A stretch of DNA of 64,000 bases from Desulfovibrio sp. (GCA_031288535.1 JAITRF010000060.1:13519-77518); one strand, 5' to 3'. Counted from the stretch's first letter, positions 8,855 to 17,466 are shown. Program-made: numbers and translations. The notes: generated by a model not told the origin, from the sequence alone.

Positions 8855-9748
8855 ATGGAATTTCTTACCCTAATCATGACCGTACGCAACGGTATGCCAT
8901 ACCTTGAAGAGGCGGTGGATTCCATTTTTGCCCAGACTCTGCGCGAGTTTACCTTTTTGATTATAAACAACGCCTCTGAAGACGGCACGCGCGGTTTTCT
9001 CGAGCAGACTGCGGCCGGGGCGCACGGCAAAAGGCCTTTGCTGCGCGTTGAACATCTGCCGGTAAACGCCGGGCGCACCGGCGCTTTAAATCTGGCGCTC
9101 GGGCTTGTTGAGACGGAACTGACGGCGGTCATGGACGCCGATGACTTAAGCGCCCGGAATCGTTTGGAGCGCCAGGTGGAATTCTTGCGCCTCCACCCGG
9201 AGGTGGTGCTGCTCGGGTCGGACGTAGATTATATTGATGCGCAGAGGCGGGTTGTAGGAGAGGAGCGTTTCCCGACCGTTCATGAGGCGTTGCGGGATCA
9301 TCTGCCTTTGTACAACCCTTTCGCCCATTCCGCCTGCATGTACAGAACCGGCGCCGCACGCGCGGTCGGCGGCTACGATTCTTCTTTTGCCTATGCCCAG
9401 GATCTGGCCCTTTGGATAGCCATGCTACGCGATGGAGGCCGGGTTGCGAGCCTGAAGGAAAAGCTGGTCATGATCCGCAAGCACGGCGGACAGGCTACGC
9501 GAAACACCGGCATGGCCGGGGAGCGGGCCTTGGATAACCTCCGCCTCTCCGAAGCTATGCTGGGGTTGCCCGGTATTGGAAGAAGCGCCCGTCAGGCGGC
9601 CCTTCTGCGCCTTGCCTGCGCCCGCTACGGCACGGGCGAAAAAAAATCCGCCCTGAGCCAGATGCTGGCGACTGTCGCCGATGACCCCCTGCTTTTTTTC
9701 CTTAATCCCCTGCTTTGGCGCAGGCTGATTCGTTCCCTGCGCCGTTGA
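8855..9748 (+). CDS. Family 2 glycosyltransferase
   Basis: ORF 8834..9748 (TTG); the ATG at 8855 is more likely. LTLIMTVRNGMPYLEEAVDSIFAQT..FLIINNASEDGT and VMDADD are GT2 signatures. Confidence 0.8.
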   Translation: MEFLTLIMTVRNGMPYLEEAVDSIFAQTLREFTFLIINNASEDGTRGFLEQTAAGAHGKRPLLRVEHLPVNAGRTGALNLALGLVETELTAVMDADDLSARNRLERQVEFLRLHPEVVLLGSDVDYIDAQRRVVGEERFPTVHEALRDHLPLYNPFAHSACMYRTGAARAVGGYDSSFAYAQDLALWIAMLRDGGRVASLKEKLVMIRKHGGQATRNTGMAGERALDNLRLSEAMLGLPGIGRSARQAALLRLACARYGTGEKKSALSQMLATVADDPLLFFLNPLLWRRLIRSLRR

Positions 9749-9840
9749 TGCGGTTTTTATTCGGGGAAAGTATTTTCGGCAACGGGAATTCAACAGCCCG
9801 TTTGGCGGCAGTAGACGAGAGCGTGTCAACAGCAGGAAGA

Positions 9841-11112
9841 TCAGTCACGCAACATCTTCACAGCGCAGAACTTGCCGCACATGGCGCAGACTTCTTCCTC
9901 CCTGTGCGGTCTGCGGCGTTCCTCCAAGGTTTTGGGGTCCAGACAGGCCTGGCGCATGAGGTCCCAGTCAAGGGCAGAGCGGCCTGTGGCCATCACGGCT
10001 TCGCGTTTTAGCGCCTGCGGGCGTCCGAGGCTTACTTCGCCCACTTGGGCGGCCACACGGGAGGCCATAACCCCGGCCGCGACATCCGCCGCGTCAGGCA
10101 GGGTCAGGTGTTCGGCAGGTGTCAGGTAGCAGAGGAAATCCACGCCGGCGCGTACGCCCAAAGCGCCGCCGATGGCCCCGGCTATGTGGTCGTAGCCCGG
10201 CGCCACGTCTGTGGTCAGCGGCCCCAGCACGTAGAGAGGGGCGTTGTCGGTCAGTCTTTTGATGATTCTTATCTGGGCTTCCACATCGTTTAAGGGAACG
10301 TGGCCCGGCCCTTCAATCATGCATTGCGCGCCGCGCGCGTGGGCGTGGCGGGCCAGACGGCCAAGAGTGATGACTTCCTCAAACTGGGCTGCATCGCCCG
10401 CATCCGCTCCCGCGCCGGGGCGCAGGCCGTCGCCAAGGGAAAGGGTGACGTTGTGCCGCACCGCGATATCCACAAGCCGGTCAAAGTCCGTGAGCAACGG
10501 GTTTTCCCTGCCGTTTTTGAGCATCCAGCGGGCCAGAATTGAGCCCCCGCGCGACACGATGCCCATCGCCCGTTCGCCGGAAACAGCCCATTCCGCGCCG
10601 CGTCGGGTCAGGCCGCAGTGCAGGGTCATGAAATCCACCCCTTGGGCGGCCTGTTTTTCAACTTCCGCGAAAAGCTCTTCCGGATCGATGTCGCAGGGAT
10701 CGCGCTCCGCGTCCAGATAGGTCTGGGCCGTAGCGTATATCGGCACGGTGCCCAGAGGGCTCGGACACAGGTTCAGCATGCCGTCGCGGATGGCGTCCAA
10801 ATCTCCGGCGATAGACAGGTCCATGACCGTGTCCGCCCCGGCTTGCAGGGCAACGGAGAGTTTTTCCATTTCAGTTTGCGCACAGTTGAGCAGCGGCGAA
10901 GTGCCGATGTTGGCGTTGATTTTTACTCTGCTTGGGCTGCCGATCAGGACGGGTTTGAGATTTTTGTGCGCCGGGTTCCCGAGCAGGACCATGGTCCCGG
11001 CTTCTATTCCGGCGCGGATGGCTTCGGGCAACAGGTTCTCTTCGCTCGACAAGGCCGCGATCCCGCTCTCGAAGACTTTGGCCAAAGCGGAGTTTTTGAA
11101 AAAAACAGACAT
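9841..11112 (-). CDS. thiC: ThiC-family radical SAM enzyme (short form; phosphomethylpyrimidine synthase or a BzaF-like paralog)
   Basis: ORF 9841..11127. The start MSVFFKN at 11112 has GGAGGGGG upstream. ThiC-like core (INANIGTSP, DLSIAGD, GPGHVPL) and C-terminal CAMCGKFCAVK cluster motif. Confidence 0.8.
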   Translation of the reverse strand: MSVFFKNSALAKVFESGIAALSSEENLLPEAIRAGIEAGTMVLLGNPAHKNLKPVLIGSPSRVKINANIGTSPLLNCAQTEMEKLSVALQAGADTVMDLSIAGDLDAIRDGMLNLCPSPLGTVPIYATAQTYLDAERDPCDIDPEELFAEVEKQAAQGVDFMTLHCGLTRRGAEWAVSGERAMGIVSRGGSILARWMLKNGRENPLLTDFDRLVDIAVRHNVTLSLGDGLRPGAGADAGDAAQFEEVITLGRLARHAHARGAQCMIEGPGHVPLNDVEAQIRIIKRLTDNAPLYVLGPLTTDVAPGYDHIAGAIGGALGVRAGVDFLCYLTPAEHLTLPDAADVAAGVMASRVAAQVGEVSLGRPQALKREAVMATGRSALDWDLMRQACLDPKTLEERRRPHREEEVCAMCGKFCAVKMLRD

Positions 11113-11192
11113 AAACCCCCTCCACATAGATTTCCGGAGCGGCGGACGTCCGCTCCGGATGATGCCGCGGTTTTGGTCCGGTAAGGCCGGGA

Positions 11193-11762
11193 TCAGTTGA
11201 GCCAGAGAATATCCTCATGTTTGCGGGGTGGAACGGGCGGGGTCTGGTCCGGGTAGCCGACGGGCGTCAGGCCGACCAGGGCGTAGTTCCCGATGTCGAG
11301 CATTTTTTTAAATTCCGCTTCCTTGTTGAGGTAACCGGTCATCCAGCAGGTGGCAAGCCCGGCTTCGTAGGCGAGCAACAGGAAATTGTAGAACATGGCG
11401 GCGGCGGAATATAAATTTGCGACTTCCTCGCGTTTGTCTTCCATTTGCTGACCAAAGGCCGCCACGGCGGTGGAGGCGCCACCCAGATCCTTGAAATAGC
11501 CTTTGACGAAATTACGCATTTTTTCATTGAATTGCTGGGCCTTGAGAGCTTCGTCGATGGTTTCGGCAATTCCGGCCGAGAAATCAAGAAGTCTGCGCAG
11601 GGATGCGCCCTGAAAAACAACAAATTTCCACGGCTGGCGGTTCATGCCCGAAGGCGCCCATAGGGCCTGCTTCAGCAACGATTCCAGCAAAGCCCTGTCC
11701 ACCGCCTGCGGGGTGAATTTGCGTATGCTGCGCCTTTCCATGATGACTTTGCGAAGTTCCAT
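11193..11762 (-). CDS. Nitroreductase-family flavoprotein
   Basis: MERRSIRKFTPQAVDRALLESLLKQALWAPSGMNRQPWKFVVF is a canonical nitroreductase N-terminus. Confidence 0.8.
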   Translation of the reverse strand: MELRKVIMERRSIRKFTPQAVDRALLESLLKQALWAPSGMNRQPWKFVVFQGASLRRLLDFSAGIAETIDEALKAQQFNEKMRNFVKGYFKDLGGASTAVAAFGQQMEDKREEVANLYSAAAMFYNFLLLAYEAGLATCWMTGYLNKEAEFKKMLDIGNYALVGLTPVGYPDQTPPVPPRKHEDILWLN

Positions 11763-11837
11763 ACCTTACTCCTTGCCTGTAGACATTTCCGCATTCCATA
11801 AGCCACGGGAGAATAACGCCAAACCGATGCGGGCGCA

Positions 11838-11885
11838 AGCCGCCGCATTTCTATTTGTTGACAACAGCCGCCGCATTTCTATTTG
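11838..11885. repeat. Two perfect 20-bp direct repeats (agccgccgcatttctatttg) spaced 28 bp apart, flanking a TTGACA hexamer in a divergent promoter region
   Basis: Copies at 11838..11857 and 11866..11885 are identical. TTGACA lies at 11858..11863, followed after 16 nt by TATTTG. Confidence 0.9.
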
Positions 11886-12119
11886 CCGGCGAAAAGGCCG
11901 CAGGAAATTCCCGGAAGAAACAGCGGCGCCGGTCGCAAAATTCGCAGGCATAATGGACAGTCGATGCTGGGAAGAGTACATTTTAGCTCCGCATCCGGTG
12001 CCGGGGCGGAAAAGGGGGGATACCGAAATGCGGGGATTGAGGCGTACGACCACAAAACAGACCTGACCCGGCGTAATGCGCGTAGCGTTGCCGCGACGGG
12101 AGGTCAAGGGAGGAAGCCG

Positions 12120-12731
12120 ATGGCCGTCATCAGATATGTGAGACGGGAAGATGCCGCCGGCATTATTGATATCTACGCCCCTTATGTCCGGGATACGGCC
12201 GTCAGCTTCGAGGAAGAAATTCCTTCTCCGGATGAATACAGCCGGCGCATCGCCAAAATCGGCGCCGCTTATCCCTTTTTGGTCTGCGAAACCCGGGGAG
12301 GTATAGCCGCCTATGCCTATGCCTCGTCTTTCCGCGTCAGGGCCGCCTACCGCTTCAGCGTGGAGCTTTCGATCTACGTGGCATTGGCAAGGCAGGGCGC
12401 GGGCCTTGGTAAAATTCTTTACTCCTGTCTGCTGGATCTGTTGCGCAAGCAGGGTTTCTATACTGCTTTCGGGGTTATCACCCTGCCAAACCCGGCAAGC
12501 CTTGCCCTGCACGTGAGTTTGGGCTTCGTCGGTGCCGGCGTCTGGCGCAAAGCCGGGCACAAGCTGAACTCATGGCATGATCTGGCGCTTGTGCAAAAAG
12601 AACTCTTGAAGCCGGACGATCTGTCCTTTCCGGCCGAACCTTTGTCCGCCCATGAGGTCCGTTCCCGCTTCGGCGCGGATTTCTTTGCCCCTTATGCGGC
12701 CCGCCTTGATGAGATCCCGCCTTTGGAGTGA
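12120..12731 (+). CDS. GNAT N-acetyltransferase, phosphinothricin/methionine-sulfoximine acetyltransferase-like
   Basis: ORF 11883..12731. The start MAVIRYVRREDAAGIIDIY at 12120 has GGGAGGAAG upstream. The overall pattern (YAPYV..T.SFEE, VALARQGAGLGKILY) resembles the PAT/MddA family. Confidence 0.8.
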   Translation: MAVIRYVRREDAAGIIDIYAPYVRDTAVSFEEEIPSPDEYSRRIAKIGAAYPFLVCETRGGIAAYAYASSFRVRAAYRFSVELSIYVALARQGAGLGKILYSCLLDLLRKQGFYTAFGVITLPNPASLALHVSLGFVGAGVWRKAGHKLNSWHDLALVQKELLKPDDLSFPAEPLSAHEVRSRFGADFFAPYAARLDEIPPLE

Positions 12732-12798
12732 CGCGTTTTCCCATCCGTGTATCCCCGGTTGACATGGAGACCGTGGAACCACTCCGCAGGAAGAGTTC

Positions 12799-13086
12799 AT
12801 GTAGCCAAACTGGAATCCCTGGCACGGCTGCCGAAAATTCAGCCTCGGCTACCTGAACTGCTATGTCTGCCGCCTGGATGCAAAATTCGGGCGTGACCCT
12901 TCGATCTTTTCCCTGACCGACTCCTGCCTTTTGCCACTCGCCACGTACCGGGGCGGCAAAAACAAGGGCGAGTTCAGGTTGAAGCCTGATGGCAGCTATG
13001 TTTACACTTGTTTTTCCTCCGAATGTTCTCACGAAACTATCCTGCCTTGCAGAGCAGTCCAACTTTTCAAAGTTGAAATGCTATAA
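12799..13086 (+). pseudogene. N-terminal fragment of a phage Gp37/Gp68 (DUF5131)-like gene, with a stop at codon 2, truncated by a repeat copy
   Basis: My own translation: ATG TAG then PNWNPWHGCRKFSLGYLNCYVCRLDAKFGRDPS...SYVYTCFSSECSHE. This resembles the WNPW.GC.k.S.GC.nCYa N-terminus of DUF5131 proteins. The frame runs into hairpin 1 of the repeat and stops at TAA 13084. Confidence 0.45.
13045..13086 (-). repeat. Partial copy of the intergenic repeat (end of hairpin 2 + hairpin 1)
   Basis: ccttgcagagcagtccaacttttcaaagttgaaatgctataa matches the hairpin-1 end of copy 4846..4972. Confidence 0.8.
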
Positions 13087-13201
13087 AAATCGCTCGTTCC
13101 CAGAATATTGGGAACACATCTCCGCGCAAAGAGCCTTCATAGTCACTGCCCGAAATGGCGCCAAGGGTCATGGGGAATTACATTTTTTTGCCTAATTGGT
13201 A

Positions 13202-13218
13202 TTGAATTTTATTTTCAA
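13202..13218. promoter_or_regulatory. Candidate Fur-type operator upstream of the iron transporter
   Basis: TTGAATTTTATTTTCAA is an AT-rich imperfect palindrome 74 nt upstream of fbpA. It matches about 13/17 positions of the TGAAAAT-N-ATTTTCA type Fur box as I recall it for delta-proteobacteria. Confidence 0.3.
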
Positions 13219-13291
13219 ATAATTTAGTTTTTAATTTTCACACCCGGAGGACCTCCCGGGGATCAACCGTAACGCCTGAAGGAGATATCCC

Positions 13292-14320
13292 GTGACAAAA
13301 AAATTTTCTCTGCTGTTCTTTGCTTTCTTGTTTATTTTTGGCGTTGCCTCTGTCGCCTTGTCGGCGGAGCAGGTCGTGAACGTTTATTCGGCTCGGCATT
13401 ATGAATCTGATAAGGAACTGTATGCCCTTTTTCAGCAGCAGACTGGCATCGGAGTGAATGTTGTCAGCGCCAACGCGCCGGAACTTATTGAGCGGATTAA
13501 GCGGGAAAGTTCCGCCACAGAAGCGGATATTTTCATTACCGTTGATGGCGGCGTACTATATTCAGCCAAAGCCGCCGGCATTTTACAACCCGTCACTTCT
13601 CCGCTCGTGCTGAAAAATGTGCCTGCCTCCTTGCGTGACAAGGATAACGCCTGGGTTGGTCTGACCACCCGCGCCCGTGTCATTGTATACGCAAAAGACA
13701 GGGTGACGCCCAAAGAGCTTTCCACCTATGAGGATTTGGCGGATTCCAGATGGAAGGGCAGAGTTGTCGCCCGACCCTCCTCTTCTCTGTACGATCAATC
13801 ACTCTTGGCCTCACTCATCACTCTTGACGGCGAAGCAAAAGCCCTGGCCTGGGTCAAAGGCATTACGGCAAATTTCGCCAGACCTCCCAAAGGCAACGAT
13901 CGCGGCCAAGCCATGGATATCGCGGCCGGTATCGGCGATGTGGCGCTTATGAACACCTATTATATCGGGCAAATGCTCAATTCCAAAAACCCGGAGGAGG
14001 TCAAGGCAGCGCAGAATATCGGCATTTTCTTTCCCAATCAGCAAAGCACGGGCACCCATATCAATGTCAGCGGTATCGCCCTGACGAAGTATGCCAAACA
14101 CGTTGACAACGCCATTAAGCTCATTGAATTTCTTACTGACGTTCCGGCGCAGGAGCGGCTGTCGGCGGGCAATTACGAGTTTCCGGTAAATGTCGCGGCC
14201 CAAAAAAATCCGCTGCTTGCAAGTTGGGGCGCTTTCAAGCCGCAGAGCGTCGACTTTTCCGCCTTGGGCCTCAATAATGCCAGAGCGATTCAATTCTTTG
14301 CCGAAGGCGGATGGAAATAA
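13292..14320 (+). CDS. fbpA: Fe(3+) ABC transporter periplasmic substrate-binding protein
   Basis: GTG start after GAAGGAG. Signal peptide MTKKFSLLFFAFLFIFGVASVALSA. VNVYSARHYESDKELY..F..TGI.VN is typical of FbpA/AfuA-like binding proteins. Confidence 0.85.
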   Translation: MTKKFSLLFFAFLFIFGVASVALSAEQVVNVYSARHYESDKELYALFQQQTGIGVNVVSANAPELIERIKRESSATEADIFITVDGGVLYSAKAAGILQPVTSPLVLKNVPASLRDKDNAWVGLTTRARVIVYAKDRVTPKELSTYEDLADSRWKGRVVARPSSSLYDQSLLASLITLDGEAKALAWVKGITANFARPPKGNDRGQAMDIAAGIGDVALMNTYYIGQMLNSKNPEEVKAAQNIGIFFPNQQSTGTHINVSGIALTKYAKHVDNAIKLIEFLTDVPAQERLSAGNYEFPVNVAAQKNPLLASWGAFKPQSVDFSALGLNNARAIQFFAEGGWK

Positions 14321-16068
14321 ACTCCGGCCCCTTATCCTCCCGGCCTGTTCCTGCCGCAAAGCGCCCCGGCTTTTTTCAAGGATCGGCACATGCCGCGTGC
14401 CGGAGCCTCGTGGGTCGCTTTGCGGCAAGATTGCTGCCTTGCCGTCTTTTATGGAACGGTTGGCAAACCATACGCGCATTTTCTTTTTTGTGTGTGCTCT
14501 TGCCTTTTCTGTCCCTCGCCGGAGGTATATTTTCTCCCTCCGGCGAATACTGGGGCTATGTGCGCGACCATCTGCTGCGGGACTATTTTGCGGAAACGAT
14601 TCTTCTGGCTGCGAGCACCGGAATATCTACGTTTTGTCTCGGCGTGGCTCTGGCCTGGGTGATGAGCTTGTATGATTTTCGGGGCAGGAAATTTTTTGAA
14701 GTGTTTCTTCTGCTTCCCTTGGCCATTCCTCCGTATATTGCCGCCTATGCTTATGAAGGACTGTTGGGATACACCGGGATGGTCCAGAGTTTTTTCCGCA
14801 ATGCCTTTGATCTTCAGCTTGGCAGCCTCACCATGAATATTCCGGCGCAAGCGTGGGCCATCTGGATTTTCACCGTGACGCTTTTTCCCTATGTGTATCT
14901 TTTGACACGGGCGATGCTGAGAAAGCAGAGCGCGGCGCTCTTTGAAAACGCGCTGCTCCTCGGCGGCGGGCGCATACGCATGTTTCTGCGGGTTGGTCTG
15001 CCGCTGTTATGGCCTGCGGCGGCTGCGGGAGCCATCCTGGTTTGTCTTGAGGTACTGAACGACTTTGGCGTTTCCAGCTACTATGGCTTGAACACGTTTA
15101 CCACAGCCATATTTGCCGCATGGTTCGGCATGGGTGATGTGGATACGGCCGTTAAGCTGGCGCTTCTTTTACTCGCTTTGGTTTTTTTTGTCCTTCTTGC
15201 CAGGAAGGCAGTGCATAATGCCCGCCGCTATCAAATTGTCTCCAGCAGAGAAAATCCGATAGTCCTCCGCCGGGCCAGGGGGATGCCTCAAGCCGGAATC
15301 GTATTGTTATGCGCTTTTGCTTGTCTGGCCGGTTTCGCCGCTCCGCTGTTGCAGATGCTGTACTGGCTGCGTTTAAGCTGGGACGGGGCATTCACCGCTG
15401 AGCTTGGCCGCGCTCTGGTGTATACGTTAAGCGTTTCTGCGGCGGCCACCTTGGCTGTAATGATCGCGGCAACAGGCACGGTGAACGCGGGGAGACTGTT
15501 TTCCGGAAAATTTTCCGTTTTGCTCTCGCAAGGGGCCACTCTTGGGTACGCCATACCATCAGCTGTGTTGGCCATCGGGATAATCAGCTTTTTCATTGAA
15601 GCGGATGCTGTCCTGTCCGTGTTTTTCCCTCTTTTACCCGTTAAATTTTTCAGCATGGGCGGTATAATGCTGATTTTCGCTTACTGCATCCGCTTTTTCA
15701 CTGTCGGATACCAGATGGTGGAAGCCGGATTTGCCAAGATCGGCGTAATATATACGGAGGTTTCGCGCACCTTGGGTCGAAGCGTAACCGGCACATTTTT
15801 TCTGGTCGATCTGCCCATGATTCGCCATGCCCTGATAAGCGGATCGGCACTTGTTTTTATAGATATTTTGAAGGAATTGCCTCTGAGCCTGCTGTTGCGT
15901 CCGTTTAATACGGAAACTCTTGGCACCACTGTATACAATTTTGCCAAAAATGAAGTCCTGGAAGAAACTGCTCTTCCGTCTTTGTGCATCATTTTGTCTG
16001 GAACAGCTTTTATATTGCTGATGCAGTCCTGGGAAAGAAAGAAGGCCGGTCATGTTTCTGGAAATTGA
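14311..16068 (+). CDS. fbpB: Fe(3+) ABC transporter permease (fused two-domain FbpB type)
   Basis: A 585-aa polytopic membrane ORF with two permease repeats. The start is uncertain: ATG 14311 overlaps fbpA, and an in-frame GTG at 14410 preceded by GGAG is an alternative. Confidence 0.8.
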   Translation: MEINSGPLSSRPVPAAKRPGFFQGSAHAACRSLVGRFAARLLPCRLLWNGWQTIRAFSFLCVLLPFLSLAGGIFSPSGEYWGYVRDHLLRDYFAETILLAASTGISTFCLGVALAWVMSLYDFRGRKFFEVFLLLPLAIPPYIAAYAYEGLLGYTGMVQSFFRNAFDLQLGSLTMNIPAQAWAIWIFTVTLFPYVYLLTRAMLRKQSAALFENALLLGGGRIRMFLRVGLPLLWPAAAAGAILVCLEVLNDFGVSSYYGLNTFTTAIFAAWFGMGDVDTAVKLALLLLALVFFVLLARKAVHNARRYQIVSSRENPIVLRRARGMPQAGIVLLCAFACLAGFAAPLLQMLYWLRLSWDGAFTAELGRALVYTLSVSAAATLAVMIAATGTVNAGRLFSGKFSVLLSQGATLGYAIPSAVLAIGIISFFIEADAVLSVFFPLLPVKFFSMGGIMLIFAYCIRFFTVGYQMVEAGFAKIGVIYTEVSRTLGRSVTGTFFLVDLPMIRHALISGSALVFIDILKELPLSLLLRPFNTETLGTTVYNFAKNEVLEETALPSLCIILSGTAFILLMQSWERKKAGHVSGN

Positions 16069-16696
16069 CACTGTATTTTTCGCCTATCCAGGCAAGGCCA
16101 GTCCCTGGATACTCGCCGGATACAGCTTTGGAATGGAAGCCGGAGAACGTGTGGGCATCGCCGGGCCGAGTGGGCAGGGCAAAAGCACTTTGCTACGGCT
16201 CATCGCCGGATTGGAACACCCTCAGAGGGGCAATATAGTCATAGATGGTCGCACAGTGGCCGCTCAAAACATACACATCAACCCGGAAGAGCGGCAGGTG
16301 GGCATGGTCTTTCAGGATTACGGCCTGTTCCCACATATGACTGTAGCGCAGAATATCGCCTATGGTCTGTATCGTCTCAAACGCGACGCGCGGCGGCAAC
16401 GAGTGGAGGTTATGCTGGAACTCACCCGAATGCAGGAATTGGCCTGCCGTTATCCTTATGAAATAAGCGGCGGGCAACAGCAACGGGTCGCCATTGCCCG
16501 CGCATTAGCGCCCAACCCGAAGTTACTTTTGCTTGATGAACCTCTGAGCAATCTTGACGCCGGGTTGAAGAAGGAAATACGCGCGGAAATGCGAGAACTC
16601 ATGGATCACACCCATTCCACATGCCTGTTTGTTTCCCATGACCTGGAGGATTTGCGGGCTGTCTGCGGGCGTATTGAAATTATCGGTTCGCCATAA
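16052..16696 (+). CDS. fbpC: ABC transporter ATP-binding protein (short FbpC-like, no C-terminal regulatory domain)
   Basis: Walker A GPSGQGKST, signature ISGGQQQRVAIARAL, Walker B LLLLDEP. Confidence 0.85.
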   Translation: MFLEIDTVFFAYPGKASPWILAGYSFGMEAGERVGIAGPSGQGKSTLLRLIAGLEHPQRGNIVIDGRTVAAQNIHINPEERQVGMVFQDYGLFPHMTVAQNIAYGLYRLKRDARRQRVEVMLELTRMQELACRYPYEISGGQQQRVAIARALAPNPKLLLLDEPLSNLDAGLKKEIRAEMRELMDHTHSTCLFVSHDLEDLRAVCGRIEIIGSP

Positions 16697-16775
16697 GCAA
16701 TGAAAGCCCTCTGGCTGATCTGGCTTCGTACTTTGTTTGTCGCTTGTGGCGGTAGTGTCCAGCGCTTTTCTTATG

Positions 16776-16958
16776 TAGTCCCTTTGCGGCATCATCCATA
16801 GTTGCAATGAGATCTCAGGATTTGTCCGGCGCCCATTCATGGGGCGAACCGTCCTGATGAAGCGTCATGCCCGGCAGAAGTCCTCGCGTTCGCTTGCGGC
16901 GATGCTGTTCCAGCTTCAGTGCCTTTTTGTACGACACCGGCCGCCTGAAGCGTATTTT
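16776..16958 (-). pseudogene. Remnant of an ISNCY/rve-type transposase gene with an in-frame stop
   Basis: My own translation: ..YKKALKLEQHRRKRTRGLLPGMTLHQDGSPHEWAPDKS*DLIATMDDAAKGL. This matches the ..FGELVQ.DGS.HDWFE......L...DDAT.. region of ISNCY-type integrase-core transposases as I recall them. Only about 60 codons are recognisable. Confidence 0.5.
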
Positions 16959-17107
16959 TCACCCGTGTGCAGCTGTGCGTGCATCTTGGCACAGGGAAAT
17001 ACCCCGTAAAATATGCCGGATACATGGATTGCATTCGATTCGGAAACTCAAAAAAATCCCTTGACTTGCGGGGCGTGTCTATACATGGATTGTGGGGCGC
17101 GGTTTCC

Positions 17108-17136
17108 TTGACCGAAAACAAGGCCGCCGCTATACT
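17108..17136 (+). promoter_or_regulatory. Sigma-70-type promoter candidate for the atpZ-I-B-E operon
   Basis: TTGACC-N17-TATACT, 55 nt upstream of the atpZ start. Confidence 0.45.
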
Positions 17137-17190
17137 CCGGACACTTGGGAGGCACAAGCGTTTTAGAGGCGACGGGAGAAAAAACGCGGC

Positions 17191-17466
17191 ATGGGATTGG
17201 CGAAATTTTTCAACATTACCGACAGGAATTATCTGGACAACCTGTCTTTGGCCGGCACAATAGGGCTGCATATGGTCAGTTCGGTCGCCGTGGGCGTTGC
17301 CTTGGGCTACGGACTTGACTTCTGGCTTGAGACTTATCCTTGGTGTTCGGGGATATTTATGCTGATCGGCATTGCGGCCGGCTTCAAAAACGTGTATGTC
17401 GACGCAAAAAAACTGGCCGCGCGCCAGGAACAGGAAAACAAAGGGAAAGGCGACGCGCAAGAATGA
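17191..17466 (+). CDS. AtpZ/AtpI-family small membrane protein of the F0F1 operon
   Basis: 91 aa with two TM helices. It is the first gene of the F0 cluster, and its stop forms an ATGA overlap with the next gene. Confidence 0.65.
   Translation: MGLAKFFNITDRNYLDNLSLAGTIGLHMVSSVAVGVALGYGLDFWLETYPWCSGIFMLIGIAAGFKNVYVDAKKLAARQEQENKGKGDAQE

Noticed and set aside
11113-11192. Expected TPP riboswitch upstream of the ThiC-family gene
   Set aside because: The spacer is only 80 nt and contains just one 9-bp hairpin and the SD. I found none of the conserved THI-box segments here or upstream of the nitroreductase gene. I cannot run a covariance model, so this is a by-eye negative.
12799-12804. ATG immediately followed by TAG at the head of the DUF5131-like frame, considered as possible pyrrolysine or stop-codon readthrough
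   Set aside because: The frame is also truncated to about a third of the normal length by the repeat, and it has lost a conserved Cys (SLGY instead of SPGC). Simple pseudogenisation explains everything, and no pyl genes are visible in the window.
16987-17003. TGGCAC motifs suggesting further sigma-54 promoters (cttggcacagggaaatac here; also ctggcacggctgccg at 12816-12830 and cctggcaagcagccggg at 21631-21647)
   Set aside because: None has a GC (TTGC) element at the required GG-N10-GC spacing. Only the site at 47282-47298 satisfies the geometry.
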